A stretch of 64,000 nt of DNA from Deltaproteobacteria bacterium TL4. Its GTDB lineage: Bacteria > SAR324 > NAC60-12. Of this stretch, positions 48,680 to 59,945 are shown piece after piece. The notes below the pieces were generated by a model that saw nothing but the letters and a program-made list of their open reading frames with translations, searched no databases and was not told the origin of the DNA. How positions within the stretch are numbered: position 1 is the stretch's first letter; each line of letters begins with the position of its first letter. The DNA lies in contig JBBCAX010000202.1 of the NCBI GenBank assembly GCA_051382335.1, positions 1 through 64,000 of the forward strand. The letters run 5' to 3'. A program made the position numbers and the translations under genes.

Positions 48680-49288
48680 ATGGAAAAAATTGATGAATTG
48701 CGAAATATTGAAATCGCTATTGAATTAGATAAGGGACGAAGTCTCAAAGACGTTGCCGAATCGTTCCATGTTTCTACCGACTATGTTCGAAAATTAGCAA
48801 TTATAGCAGGGTTAGCTACTTCCGTGCCACGAAAAAAGACAAGAACCCCCTTAACGCCAGAAGAAAAAGAAATCCTGTTTGAAAGCATTTTGGAAGGTGA
48901 GGACTTGGAATTACTGGCAGCCCAATATGAGGTAAGTTCCCAGCATATCCGTTCATTGTGCCGTCAAAACAACATTAGCATTCCAAGATCCTACCATCAA
49001 CTCAACACGGAAGAACGTCAGGAAATTAAAGCACTCTCGGAGGATCACTCAACCCAGGAAGTTGCGGAAGCCTATCATGTTACGCTTTCTACCGTTGAAA
49101 AGTTAGCAGAAGCGGAATATAAGCGTTTGAACTTAAGAACGCTGGGGATTTTATATGAAATTTTAAGTGCAAATCCTGAGGCCTCTCCACGTTTCTTGCT
49201 AAAACTTGCAGAACAACAAGAGCTTGACGTCAATTTAGAGGATATTAGTTCCTATCAAAAAAGATTGAGAACTTTAGGGAAATTATAA
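48680..49288 (+). CDS. protein with tandem helix-turn-helix repeats
   Basis: SLKDVAESFHVSTDYV, DLELLAAQYEVSSQHI, STQEVAEAYHVTLSTV. Confidence 0.8.
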   Translation: MEKIDELRNIEIAIELDKGRSLKDVAESFHVSTDYVRKLAIIAGLATSVPRKKTRTPLTPEEKEILFESILEGEDLELLAAQYEVSSQHIRSLCRQNNISIPRSYHQLNTEERQEIKALSEDHSTQEVAEAYHVTLSTVEKLAEAEYKRLNLRTLGILYEILSANPEASPRFLLKLAEQQELDVNLEDISSYQKRLRTLGKL

Positions 49289-49387
49289 TCCTTGTAGATT
49301 GGCTTGACACAAAGTCAAAGATGAGGTCTGAAGGAATGGTAATTTTGTGGTATAGACCCCTAAAACAAACTTTATAAGAAGGCATTT

Positions 49388-49885
49388 ATGGCAGAAGATG
49401 AAGGGATTGCTGACGTTTCCCCAAGAGGAGGCGGAGGCAAAAGCAAATGGATTGTGATCTTGATCTTACTCCTTTTAGCCGGACTGGCCATTTGGTATTT
49501 TTTATTCAATACGAGTGAAGAAGATCCAAAAAAAGGAGCAGTCCTTGAAGAAGTTGGCCCTCCTTTAACTCCTTTGTTTTTAGATGTTGGTCCATTCGTT
49601 GTTAATTTGGAACGAGGGAATAATTTTCTCAATATAAACATAAAATTAATGATTATTGACCCCCTCGTGTTTGAATATTTAAATACTCGTTTGTTCGAAG
49701 TGAAAGACATCACTCTGCTTGAGCTTCAGAAATTGTCGACGGAGGAAATCCATGATCCTGAGGACATTCAAAAATTAAAACAGCACTTAATTGAGAGAAT
49801 CAGCCAGCTCTTTCCTAACGAACCGCCTTGGGAGACAAAAAACCCGATTTATAAAGTTTTATTTATTGATTTCCTGGTTCAGTAA
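49388..49885 (+). CDS. fliL: flagellar basal-body-associated protein FliL
   Basis: N-terminal TM, PFVVNL, VKDI, VLFIDFLVQ C-terminus. Confidence 0.88.
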   Translation: MAEDEGIADVSPRGGGGKSKWIVILILLLLAGLAIWYFLFNTSEEDPKKGAVLEEVGPPLTPLFLDVGPFVVNLERGNNFLNINIKLMIIDPLVFEYLNTRLFEVKDITLLELQKLSTEEIHDPEDIQKLKQHLIERISQLFPNEPPWETKNPIYKVLFIDFLVQ

Positions 49886-49892
49886 TATTGAG

Positions 49893-50038
49893 AGTTTCTG
49901 AAACTCTTGAAACAATTGATCTTTGATCTTATCAGGTAGAGGAGGCTTTTTAGGCGACACTTTGAAAATTCTTTCGGTCTCCCTTTGAGGCAGATACTTG
50001 ATCAGACAAGCTATCCATTTATTAAATTCCAGGGGTTT
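49893..50038. repeat. 146-bp direct repeat, copy 1 (detached copy of kinase gene 3' segment)
   Basis: 8 mismatches against 52159-52304 by manual alignment; offset 2266. Confidence 0.95.
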
Positions 50039-50043
50039 CGTTC

Positions 50044-52000
50044 TTATCGCAAGTATTTTTTTAAGACACGCAGAAGCTGATTCACTTGAAGGGGTTTGCT
50101 CAAGTAATCAGTAATCCCTACGTGAAGGGCTTCCTTTTGTTGTTCCTTATAAGCGTCTGCCGAAAGAGCAACAATGGGAATATGTTTACATTCAGGAATA
50201 TTACGAATTTGCTGTGTCGCCTCCAAGCCGTTCATTCCGGGCATGTGGATATCCATCAAAACCAGATCGGGTTTCAATCTTAAGGTTTTTTCAATTCCTT
50301 GCTTCCCGTTTTCAGCCAAATTTATTTTTATGCCCAACTCTTGAAACAGTGTTTTGATCATTTCGCGATTGGCGAAATCATCCTCAACGACAAGAATTAT
50401 AGTGTCCTGTGAAAAATGATACTCATCCCAAGGGATATCCTTTTTGCGTAGGTCTGTAGTCTCCACCTCAACCAGTGGTATTTTTACAGTAAAGGTTGAG
50501 CCTTCGCCAGGGGTGCTCTTGACGCTGATGCTTCCTCCCAACAGTTTGGCCATAGCTTGGGTGATCGTCAACTAACCCCGTGCCTCCATATTGGCGCGTG
50601 GTCGATTTATCCGCCTGTTCAAAAGCTTCAAAAATTGTCATCTGCTTTTCTTCAGGAATCCCAATTCCCTGATCCTCCACTTGCAGGACAATCCAGTCAC
50701 CCTCCTTTTCTATTTTGAGTGTGACTTGCTTGCCCTCAGGTGTAAACTTGAGCGCGTTTCCGACCAGGTTCATTAAGATTTGATTCATTTTGGTTCGGTC
50801 AGAAACAACAAATTCGGGTAATTGGGGAGACACTTCGTAGGTTAACTTTAATTGTTTTTTGAGTGCGGTTGCTTTATTGATGTGGAATATTCCCTGTCCC
50901 AACAAACTGAGATTGAGCGTTTCCATTTCAACTTCAGTTTTACCAGCTTCAATTTTTGCTAAGTCCAAAACGTTATTAATCAACTCCGATAGGTTTTCTC
51001 CGCCCTGTTGAATGATTTGAAGATAATCAATGAAATCATGGGGAAGTGCTAAGTCTTTGGCCTGTTTTGATAAAATTTGACTGAACCCAACAATCGAATT
51101 GAGCGGTGTGCGGATTTCGTGGCTCATGTTGGCCAAAAACCGGCTCTTCGCAAGGTTTGCCTGATCGGCTTGTTCTTTAGATCGCATCAACTCCTCTTCC
51201 ATTTGCTTACGTTCAGTGATATCGATGGCAATGGTCAGCCTTACAATACGATTATCCATCCATTCAATCGCCCGATCATAAATACTATACCAATGACCAA
51301 TAAGTGTATTTTTAAATTCCCAACGGCAGCCATTAGTAGGATGCCCCTCAGCGTTTAACAATCTGGGGTTTGTGCAAAAGCTACAGGGAGCGGATTGTCC
51401 TGCTTGAAGACTCTGCCAACAAAGCGCTCCTGTAATGTCTCCAAATATATTTTTTGTATATTGATTAAGGAAGAGGATTTCATAACTTTCCATGTCAGCG
51501 ACATAGATAATGGCTTCCAGGCCGTTCATTATCGTTGCGAATCGTTCCAGTGATACTTTTTGCTGTTCTTCTATTTGCTGGCGTCTCGTGATTTCATGTT
51601 GGAGTTGTTGTACAAAACCCTGAGTTCTTAGAGCCGATTGAACTCGAGCGCGCAAAATAGTAGCGTTCAGAGGTTTACTGATAAAATCTACGGCGCCAAA
51701 CAGTAGGCAGGATTCCATGATTTTTTCATCGTTATCAGCGGTGAGCATGATTACCGGTAACTCAGAATATAGAGGATGAGCTTTCAGTTGTTTGAGCAAA
51801 GAGATGCCATCGATTTTGGGCATATAAATGTCCAACAAAATGAGGCTGATATTGGCTTCAGCCTCCAGAATTTGGAACAAGTTTTCCGGATAAATGCTGG
51901 AAAAAGGGGTATGTCCAAAGGACTCGAGCAGGGAAGTCAGTTGCTGTAAGATAGCTCGATCATCATCCACAAGCAGGATATTAGCCATACAATACCTCAT
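50044..52000 (-). pseudogene. hybrid kinase REC-PAS-HisKA-HATPase-REC split by a frameshift in the G2 box
   Basis: GGTGL in one frame continues as LTITQAM in another; a lone G at 50572 remains of the Gly codon (2 nt missing). Confidence 0.85.
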
Positions 52001-54362
52001 TGATTAAAGTTTTGACTTGTTCTACGTTTTGGTTGAATACCGCCTTGTCAATTTGGGCCAACAACTCCGGATAGGGGGAGTCATATTTTTCAGAAAGATC
52101 CAGCATGTTCTGAAGGTGACTCTCAATTTTCCCGGTCATGAAATAAGGAATATTAGAAAGTTTCTGAAACTCTTGAAGCAATTGATCTTTGATCTTATCG
52201 GGCAGAGGCGGCTTTTTAGACGGCACTTTGAAAATTCTTTCGGTCTCCCTTTGAGGCAGATACTTGATCAGACACGCTATCAATTTATTAAATTCCAGGG
52301 GTTTGGTTAAATAATCAGAAACTCCGGCTTTACGAGCCGCTTGTTGTTGCTCGATAAAGGCATCCGCTGACAGGATGATGATGGGCGTCTCTTTAATTTC
52401 CGGTAAGTTTCGAATCTTCCGGGTTGCTTCTATTCCGTCCATTCCATGCATGTTCACATCCATCAAGATGACATCGGGTTTCATTTCCAAGGTTTTTTTA
52501 ATCGCGGCTTCGCTATTATCAACCCATTCGATTATCAGATTCATTCTCTGGAATATAATTTGTATCATTTGAAAACAGGAAATTTCATCCTCAACCAGCA
52601 GGATCTTCGATTTCGGGCTGAAACGAATACTTTCCCAGTCAAGCTCCTCTTGAACCAGTTCCTTTTCATGAGCTTCTACTAAAGGGAGCCTCACGTTGAA
52701 AACCGAGCCTATTTCTTCTTCACTTTCCAAAAAGATCGATCCTCCCATTAATCCAACCAGACTTTGTACCATCGATAAGCCTAAACCCGTACCTCCATAT
52801 TTTTTTCGGATAGTAACGTCAGCCTGTTCAAAGGGTTCAAAAATGCGTTGTTTTTTGTCTTTCGAAATCCCAATGCCTTCATCTTCAACTTGCAGAAGTA
52901 ATTGATTTTTCTCTCGCAAGGCGCGAATTTTGATTCTTTTTCCGTCTGGCGTAAATTTAAAAGCGTTATCGACCAAATTCATCAAAATCTGATTCAACTT
53001 TGTACGATCCATGTAGATAGTTCCAGGTAATTGCGGATCAATTTCATAATTAAACTGAATGTCCTTCCGTAAGGCTTGCGTCTTATTGATATGAAAAATA
53101 CTTTGAATCAACAGTTTCAGATTCAAGCTTTCAGGGGTTACTTCTATTTTCCCAGCTTCAATTTTGGAAAGATCCAGAATATTATTGATCAATTCTGATA
53201 AATGGTCACAATTGGCCTTAATGTGTTGTAGATGTTTCTGGCCTTGTCCGGGATAGCTCTCTTTTTTTGCGTCCTGGAGCATAATTTGACTAAAGCCCAC
53301 GATATTATTGAGGGGAGTCCGGATTTCATGACTCATATTGGCGAGAAACATACTTTTGGCGTGATTGGCCAAATCTGCCTGAATTTTAGCCTGTCGCAAC
53401 TCCTCTTCCATCTGTTTGCGCTCCGATACATTTTGCACAACATACGTAAAACGGGGACGTCCTGCCATGGATTGTCCAATGAACGTCACTGTGGCAGTGA
53501 ACCATTGAGAACCTTCTTCATAGGTAAACTGGGTAATCCCTGAATCTTTGCAGTCAAGGTACTGTTGTCGCCATAGTCCAAGGGTTTCCTGGGGGACCGC
53601 CAGTTGACTCTCCCGTTGATTTTTCATGGCCTCCATGGTCGTTTGAAACCATTGAGCTGAATAGCTATTATCGGAAATGTGTAAAATATCATCCTCTAAC
53701 AATTCCACCACTCCCATTCTCATTCCGGTGCTATTGAAAAAACTGTTAAGGATTTCTTCCCGTTCTTTCAACAGCTTTTCCGCGCGTTTCAGTTCGCTGA
53801 TCTCTCGACCTACCCCGGTCAATCCGATGATGTTCCCTTCCGGTGACCACAAAGGGGATAAGGATGTTTGGTAATAACGGAGACTCCCGTCAGAATTTTC
53901 ACTGTGCCACTCATAAGTATAAGTCTCGCCCTTTAGCGCAACGGCGATTGCTTGTTGCTGAACTTTTGCCGCAGTCTCGCCCAAAATTTCTACCGAGGTT
54001 TTGCCCAGGAAAAATTCCGGGCGGAGTCCTGCCTTCTCAACCCAGTTACCAAAGACTCCTGTGTGACGCCCCTGACTATCCAAGGTGAAAATGATGTCGC
54101 TCATTGAATTGACGATAGCACGAAATTTTTCTTCGCTTTTCGCCAGTTCTGCTGTTTTTGATTTCAGTTTTCGTTTGAGTAAAAAGTTCCATCCCAAAAA
54201 ACTGCTGAACAGCAGAACCACCAGCACTCCGGTCAGATAAATCCAAAATTCAAGCGTTAGTTCAATAGAGGGTGTCGTTGCTGCCCAAAGGGTTTTCGCG
54301 AGCAACAATCCGGTTGCCAGAAGCAAAAGCAGAAATAGTCGGATACGAAGAGGTTTTTTCAT
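51981..54362 (-). CDS. hybrid sensor kinase (signal/TM, two PAS, HisKA, HATPase, REC)
   Basis: [23 protein letters not shown]. Confidence 0.94.
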   Translation of the reverse strand: MKKPLRIRLFLLLLLATGLLLAKTLWAATTPSIELTLEFWIYLTGVLVVLLFSSFLGWNFLLKRKLKSKTAELAKSEEKFRAIVNSMSDIIFTLDSQGRHTGVFGNWVEKAGLRPEFFLGKTSVEILGETAAKVQQQAIAVALKGETYTYEWHSENSDGSLRYYQTSLSPLWSPEGNIIGLTGVGREISELKRAEKLLKEREEILNSFFNSTGMRMGVVELLEDDILHISDNSYSAQWFQTTMEAMKNQRESQLAVPQETLGLWRQQYLDCKDSGITQFTYEEGSQWFTATVTFIGQSMAGRPRFTYVVQNVSERKQMEEELRQAKIQADLANHAKSMFLANMSHEIRTPLNNIVGFSQIMLQDAKKESYPGQGQKHLQHIKANCDHLSELINNILDLSKIEAGKIEVTPESLNLKLLIQSIFHINKTQALRKDIQFNYEIDPQLPGTIYMDRTKLNQILMNLVDNAFKFTPDGKRIKIRALREKNQLLLQVEDEGIGISKDKKQRIFEPFEQADVTIRKKYGGTGLGLSMVQSLVGLMGGSIFLESEEEIGSVFNVRLPLVEAHEKELVQEELDWESIRFSPKSKILLVEDEISCFQMIQIIFQRMNLIIEWVDNSEAAIKKTLEMKPDVILMDVNMHGMDGIEATRKIRNLPEIKETPIIILSADAFIEQQQAARKAGVSDYLTKPLEFNKLIACLIKYLPQRETERIFKVPSKKPPLPDKIKDQLLQEFQKLSNIPYFMTGKIESHLQNMLDLSEKYDSPYPELLAQIDKAVFNQNVEQVKTLINEVLYG
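52159..52304. repeat. 146-bp direct repeat, copy 2 (coding, within 51981-54362)
   Basis: matches 49893-50038. Confidence 0.95.
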
Positions 54363-54491
54363 GATAGGTTCTCCCTTAAAGTTGAGTCTTTGATATACTT
54401 GACCTGCGTTTCTCTGCCTGTTTTGCGTCTCTGCGTTAAAATAGACGCACCGTGCTTTTTACCAAAGGGGTAAGTTATTTAATTTTCATTT

Positions 54492-56030
54492 CTAAGTCAG
54501 ATATTTTGTTAAAACCCCCATCAACTGATCCAATTGAAGGGGTTTAAGCAGATAATCCTCAATTCCAACTTCACGTGCTTTTTCCTGGTGATTCTGAAAG
54601 GACTCCGCGGAAAGAGCGACTATGGGAATTTTTGTGTTCTGAAAATGCTGCCGGATTTGTCGGGTGGCCTCAATACCATTCATCCCGGGCATATGAATAT
54701 CCATCAAGATTAAATCGGGCTGCCGCGCTATGGCCTGGGATACGCCTTCCGACCCACTATAAGCTTGATGAATATTCAAGCCGATGTTTTGAAATATAAG
54801 CTGAATCAGCTCCTGATTGCTGCGATTATCGTCAATCACTAAAATGTTCTGATTCGAAGCAAATAGAGGTACGTCTTTGGCAAGAGGGCGATCGATCTCA
54901 CTTTCGAGTTCCACCAAAGGAATTTTAACCAGGAACACCGAGCCTTCGCCTTCACAACTTTGTACGGTGAGGGTTCCTCCTAAAAGGTTTGTCAGTTGTT
55001 GGGTCATGGCTAAGCCCAACCCGCATCCTTCGTATTGACGGGTATTGCTTCCATCGACCTGTTCGAAGAGTTGAAAAATGGTTTTTTGCTTTTCAACAGG
55101 AATTCCAAGACCCTCATCTTCAATGTGGAAAACGAGCAAGCCCTCCTTGGTTGTGATTTTCATCCAGACGCGTTTACCTTCAGGGGTAAATTTAAGCGCG
55201 TTATTGAGGAGATTCGATAAAATTTTATTAATTTTTGATCGGTCTGAAATGATTATTTCAGGGATAGCGTCATTATAGTCATAAAACAGTTTTTGATTTT
55301 TTGTGAGCGCTTCGGACTGGAAACTTTTAAATATAGTTTGGGTCAATAACTTCAGATGGAGCGGTTCAGTAGTCACCTGCATTTGGTTGGTTTCAATTTG
55401 CGCGAGACCCAACACGTTATTCAGCAGCTCCGCTAAGGTTTCTCCGTTTTCATGAATCCTGTTCAGAAAATGCTGGTACTCTTCTTCTTTAACGGATTCC
55501 TGACGTCCTTTTTCAAGCAGGAGTTGAGAGAAGCCAATAATTGAGTTTAAAGGCGTGCGAATTTCATGACTCAGCATCGAAAGAAACTGGCTTTTGGCTT
55601 TATTGGCGGCTTCCGCTTGTTTGAGAGCGTTCTTTAAGCGGGTTTCGATTTTTTTTCTTTTCAGCGCATAACGAATGGAACGTTCGATAAGGATGGGATT
55701 GATTTCTTCTTTCACCAGGTAATCGGCAGCCCCCGCCTCGAGTGCTTCCTGATCCACTTCGACGGAGTCATTCGCGGTTAAAAGAATCATGGTCTTATTG
55801 AGGCCTGATTGAATCGCGTTTTTTATCAAATCGGTTCCTTTCTTTGAACCCAAGAGGTAATCCACCAAGTAAACATCATAAGCGTCTTGCGCCATCGCTT
55901 CCAGACCTTCCGCATAACTCTCGACCCAAGCCATTTCGATCTTCAAGTGAATGAATTTTCGGCAAAGCTTCTGGAGTACCAGGTATTGTGTCCGATCATC
56001 ATCAATCAACAGCATTTTTAACTGAATCAT
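54492..56030 (-). CDS. hybrid kinase REC-HisKA-HATPase-REC
   Basis: [33 protein letters not shown]. Confidence 0.94.
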   Translation of the reverse strand: MIQLKMLLIDDDRTQYLVLQKLCRKFIHLKIEMAWVESYAEGLEAMAQDAYDVYLVDYLLGSKKGTDLIKNAIQSGLNKTMILLTANDSVEVDQEALEAGAADYLVKEEINPILIERSIRYALKRKKIETRLKNALKQAEAANKAKSQFLSMLSHEIRTPLNSIIGFSQLLLEKGRQESVKEEEYQHFLNRIHENGETLAELLNNVLGLAQIETNQMQVTTEPLHLKLLTQTIFKSFQSEALTKNQKLFYDYNDAIPEIIISDRSKINKILSNLLNNALKFTPEGKRVWMKITTKEGLLVFHIEDEGLGIPVEKQKTIFQLFEQVDGSNTRQYEGCGLGLAMTQQLTNLLGGTLTVQSCEGEGSVFLVKIPLVELESEIDRPLAKDVPLFASNQNILVIDDNRSNQELIQLIFQNIGLNIHQAYSGSEGVSQAIARQPDLILMDIHMPGMNGIEATRQIRQHFQNTKIPIVALSAESFQNHQEKAREVGIEDYLLKPLQLDQLMGVLTKYLT

Positions 56031-56031
56031 C

Positions 56032-58695
56032 TTAAATCCTGTTCTGCTCTTCGTTTATGAAATTAATTTGGATATGCTTTAAAAAATCTTCCAATTGATT
56101 CAAAATATGTTCAATTTTATGGGGCTCTTCTTTCTTTGCCGAGTCACCAAGGGCTTTGGCCAGTTCATGAATTTGAGAGATCCCATGAACGCCCCGTAGC
56201 GAGTGGGCCATTTGCTGGATGGACTCATAATTTTTCTCTTTAAATGCTTCTTTCAACTGCTGAAGTTGCGTTTTTTTTATGTTCAGAATTTCCTCAATAA
56301 TATCCTCAAAATCCGGGGAGATTTCCACCTGATAAGGATTTGAATCCGGTTTCAGTTTTTTATTGAGGTTCAGACTATCTTCGGGTTGTTGCTGTTTCCG
56401 TTCAAGTGTTTCCTCAGCATTCAGAACCTTCTTGATGGTGTCCAGCAGGATATTTTTTTGTAAAGGTTTAGTGAGATAGGCGTTACCTCCCATGTCCAGA
56501 CATCGCTGCAATTCCTCTTCCCGTGAATAGGCTGTGATCACAATGATGGGGGTTTGAGATTGCTGATGGTCTTGTTCCCATTGTCTGATATTTTTTGTCG
56601 CGGTATAGCCATCCATCACAGGCATCTGCATATCCATCAAGATCAGATCATAAACCTTATTTTTAACTTTTTGAACCGCGATTTGCCCATTATCCGCAAG
56701 GTCAACATCCGAAGGTATTTCTTCAATAAATCTTTTAAGGATCATCCGATTATCCTCGACATCGTCTACGAGCAGTATCTGAAGTTTTTTCTTTCTGGCT
56801 GCCGTCTTTTTGAATTCAGTAACAGCACTTGTCGTCTGAGAGGAAAGGGCTTCCGTGGCGTCAGTTCCTTCAAAAGGCAGGGTAAACGTGAAGGTACTGC
56901 CTGCATTGAGTTGACTTTCTACCTGAATCACCCCTCCCATCAATTCAACTAATCTTTTACAGATGGCCAAGCCCAAGCCTGTTCCTCCATATTTCCGTGT
57001 TGTTGAAACATCCACTTGAGTAAATATGTTAAAAATATGATCAAATTTATCAGTTGGAATGCCAATACCTGTATCCGTAATTGAGAATTTCACATGACTG
57101 ATTCCCTCTTTTCCTTGCGATACCAGATTAACTCGTATCGTGATCCAGCCCTTATCGGTAAATTTGATAGCGTTTCCAATCAAGTTGACGAGGATTTGAT
57201 TCAACCTTACGACGTCTCCTTTGAGAGTGACAGGAATATTTTTATCGAGATGAGACACTAATTCCAATCCCTTGCGGTGAGCAGCACTTGCCATAACCTC
57301 CAAGGTTTTGTCCAGGAGTTTCTCTAGCTGAAAACTTTCATTTTCCAGTTCAATATGTTTCGTTTCAATTTTTTCAAAATCAAGAATATCGTTGATTAAC
57401 TGAGTCAGCAGGCTTCCCGTGCTGTTAATGGTTTTTACATATTTTGCTTGTTCTGGGGTCAAGTGCGTCTCTTCCAAAAGTTCGGATAAACCTAGCACCA
57501 CATTGAGCGGAGTTCGGATTTCATGGCTCATGGAGGACAAAAATAAGCTTTTGGCTTTGTTTGCGTTTTCGGCCATTTCCTTTGCGTTTTGTAACTCGGT
57601 ACTGGCCCTGAAAATTTCTTTGGTCTTTTCTTCAGCCAGTAATTCGGCTCGTCGATTCAAAAAGACCAGGGAGGAAATGATGTAGAAAAGAAGCAGGTCA
57701 ATGATGAGCCCAACAACGGCAATGAGACTGGGAAGAAAGGAGGAGGGAATATAACCCTTTTCACCGGTTCTGAAATCTAAAGTCCAAGTTCGCCCCTGTA
57801 ACGTTAAGGTCACTAACTTTCCAAAATGTTCATTGGCAACGCGATGGTTTTTACTGAAGAATTCATCGTTGCTGGAATACAATAAAGCCTCTGGATTTAA
57901 ATCGGAACCATCATAAATCCGATATTCCACATCCTGCATTCCGGCCCCGAGAATGCCGCTCATAAAATTGCCCATTCGAAAAGGGCTGTAAATCCATCCG
58001 ATAAAAGCGGCTCTCCTCTCCTCAAGCGTGTTCAGGGGGTTTATGGTGTTATACAGAGGAACATAGGTTAAAAATCCTTTCTGAACATCGGTCTCGGTTT
58101 CCTGAACGAGTGTGATGATTCCTGAGGTGGCTGCCACCGCGAAATCACGGGCACGGATCATTGCTTCGCGACGCACACTGTGGAACCACATATCATAGCC
58201 AAACGCTCTCTGATTTCTCCAATCAAAAGGTTCCAGATAAATGATCGCTGAATAAGCTTCCCGCTCTCCTTCCGGTTTGATGGTATAATCAGGAAATCCT
58301 TGTTGGCGAATTTTTTCAATGTGAGCGTCCTTCTCTTCCGGTTTGATGGGAATAGAAAAGCCTATGCCTTGAATCCCAGGCCAGTTTTCAGTGATTTTTA
58401 ATGAAGCCATATAGCTTTTCCATTGCTCCCGGGTTACCTGATCCGACGCGTTAAATAATCCAGCTCCTCCCCACAATACATTTTCATACAAAATCATTCG
58501 ATCCTGGATGGCCGTCGTGATTTCTTCCAAACGTCTTCCAAAAGACTGTGCCGCGGATTTTTCGGCCAAATCCGAGGATATCGACCAAGCCAGTCCGGTG
58601 GCAATCAAACCGAAAAATAATACAATCCAGGCTGTCACAGGATTGTGAAAAAGCTCAATGATTCGCTTGGCGTGATGAGAAATTTTTTTCCCCAT
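56032..58695 (-). CDS. CHASE-domain hybrid kinase with REC and HPt
   Basis: [29 protein letters not shown] (CHASE); [14 protein letters not shown] (HPt). Confidence 0.94.
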   Translation of the reverse strand: MGKKISHHAKRIIELFHNPVTAWIVLFFGLIATGLAWSISSDLAEKSAAQSFGRRLEEITTAIQDRMILYENVLWGGAGLFNASDQVTREQWKSYMASLKITENWPGIQGIGFSIPIKPEEKDAHIEKIRQQGFPDYTIKPEGEREAYSAIIYLEPFDWRNQRAFGYDMWFHSVRREAMIRARDFAVAATSGIITLVQETETDVQKGFLTYVPLYNTINPLNTLEERRAAFIGWIYSPFRMGNFMSGILGAGMQDVEYRIYDGSDLNPEALLYSSNDEFFSKNHRVANEHFGKLVTLTLQGRTWTLDFRTGEKGYIPSSFLPSLIAVVGLIIDLLLFYIISSLVFLNRRAELLAEEKTKEIFRASTELQNAKEMAENANKAKSLFLSSMSHEIRTPLNVVLGLSELLEETHLTPEQAKYVKTINSTGSLLTQLINDILDFEKIETKHIELENESFQLEKLLDKTLEVMASAAHRKGLELVSHLDKNIPVTLKGDVVRLNQILVNLIGNAIKFTDKGWITIRVNLVSQGKEGISHVKFSITDTGIGIPTDKFDHIFNIFTQVDVSTTRKYGGTGLGLAICKRLVELMGGVIQVESQLNAGSTFTFTLPFEGTDATEALSSQTTSAVTEFKKTAARKKKLQILLVDDVEDNRMILKRFIEEIPSDVDLADNGQIAVQKVKNKVYDLILMDMQMPVMDGYTATKNIRQWEQDHQQSQTPIIVITAYSREEELQRCLDMGGNAYLTKPLQKNILLDTIKKVLNAEETLERKQQQPEDSLNLNKKLKPDSNPYQVEISPDFEDIIEEILNIKKTQLQQLKEAFKEKNYESIQQMAHSLRGVHGISQIHELAKALGDSAKKEEPHKIEHILNQLEDFLKHIQINFINEEQNRI

Positions 58696-58714
58696 GATGA
58701 TAAAATCAATAAGG

Positions 58715-59287
58715 TTAGCCTAATTTAGAGGCCAAGTCTTGACTCAGCTCCTGGCCTCCTTGCGCTTCCCATCTGAATTTGAGAGACTCAAATTCTTCCA
58801 AAATGAGATGAGCGTGTTCACCCTCCACTAATCGTCTTTGTAACTGATCCAGCTCTTCAAAAAAATCAGTTTCCCCTCGGATTGATTCCCCCTGCGCCTC
58901 ACATTCTTGGTGAATTAATCTTAAAATTTTTTTTGCTTCTGCAGAGAAATTTGTGTATTTTCTGCGGTTTTCTTCTTGTTCTTCAGGAGGCAATAGCTTG
59001 CGTAAAATATCTCTTGTTCCCAGATAATCCTTCTCCTCATCAAAAACCCTTTGATAAAAGGAGCATCTCACACAGGAACCAATTTTTTCCGCAAAGGTTC
59101 CATGAACACTTCCTCCACACAAAGTTCCGGCTATCGCCCAACACGATCTCCCCGCATTTTTACCAGAATTGATCTGGTTCAATCTGGTTTCGGTGGTTGC
59201 AACGCAAATTCCGAGTTCTTCCACATTAGAACCTCCGGATTCTCGACCACATTGATTGGCTTCCCAACAATTTTTTTTAGAGGGCAT
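58715..59287 (-). CDS. Cys-rich 'two-CW' domain protein with helical C-terminal extension
   Basis: NCWE..CGRE, GIC, GRSCW..AGTLC, C..C.FY (7 Cys); AAGGAG RBS. Confidence 0.8.
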   Translation of the reverse strand: MPSKKNCWEANQCGRESGGSNVEELGICVATTETRLNQINSGKNAGRSCWAIAGTLCGGSVHGTFAEKIGSCVRCSFYQRVFDEEKDYLGTRDILRKLLPPEEQEENRRKYTNFSAEAKKILRLIHQECEAQGESIRGETDFFEELDQLQRRLVEGEHAHLILEEFESLKFRWEAQGGQELSQDLASKLG

Positions 59288-59657
59288 GTTGCTCCTTATT
59301 TTCAAATATTCGAATTAACATCAGTTCCAGTTCTGTAAGTCGTACGGGTTTATTCAGAAAACCAAATATTCCATAAAAAAGCACCTGGTTTGTTGAAAAA
59401 ACAGCATGACGCGTTCCCATAAGAACAATTGAAGCTTCCGCATATCTCTTGTGGAGCGTATCCAGTTGAGCTGCGATTGAGGGACCCATCGTGAAGTTTT
59501 CAACAAGGATGACATCGAAGCCTTGAAAAGAATTCTTTCGTTGTTCCCCAATTTCCGCCATATCACTCAGCGTTACCACGACGTGTCCGAGATCAACAAG
59601 AAAATTTTGAAGCATTTCCCGAACAACGCGATCTTTTTCAATAATGCAGAGTCGCAT
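59277..59657 (-). CDS. stand-alone atypical receiver domain
   Basis: REC fold (IIEKD..., FLNKP) with Glu at the phospho-Asp position (DVILVE). Confidence 0.75.
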   Translation of the reverse strand: MRLCIIEKDRVVREMLQNFLVDLGHVVVTLSDMAEIGEQRKNSFQGFDVILVENFTMGPSIAAQLDTLHKRYAEASIVLMGTRHAVFSTNQVLFYGIFGFLNKPVRLTELELMLIRIFENKEQHAL

Positions 59658-59725
59658 CTTTTGCTCTCGTCTTATTTTGTGAAATGAAACCGTCATTACA
59701 TTTAAACAAGCTTCCTCATCTTTTC

Positions 59726-59741
59726 AGCAAGTTTTGCGCCA
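59726..59741 (-). promoter_or_regulatory. sigma54 (-24/-12) promoter
   Basis: TGGCGC-AAAAC-TTGCT matches TGGCAC-N5-TTGCW with exact spacing, about 70 nt upstream of ATG 59657. Confidence 0.75.
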
Positions 59742-59838
59742 GTCCGAAAAGTATTTAAGAACACATAATCATAACAGTCCATTAACCTTATGATTAGACG
59801 AAAATTTTCGAAAAACAGGAGAGGCGTACTCACAACTT

Positions 59839-59866
59839 TAGTAACCTTTACTAGTAACAGTTACTA
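59839..59866. promoter_or_regulatory. tandem palindromes, candidate enhancer-binding-protein sites
   Basis: TAGTAA-cct-TTACTA overlapping TAGTAAC-a-GTTACTA, about 100-125 nt upstream of the -24 box. Confidence 0.55.
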
Positions 59867-59945
59867 ATTTGAAAACCTGGTCTTTGCCTTTATCAGGTGC
59901 TTTTGATTTGCCTTTCCTGTGGATAAGCTATATTGGACTTGGCCG

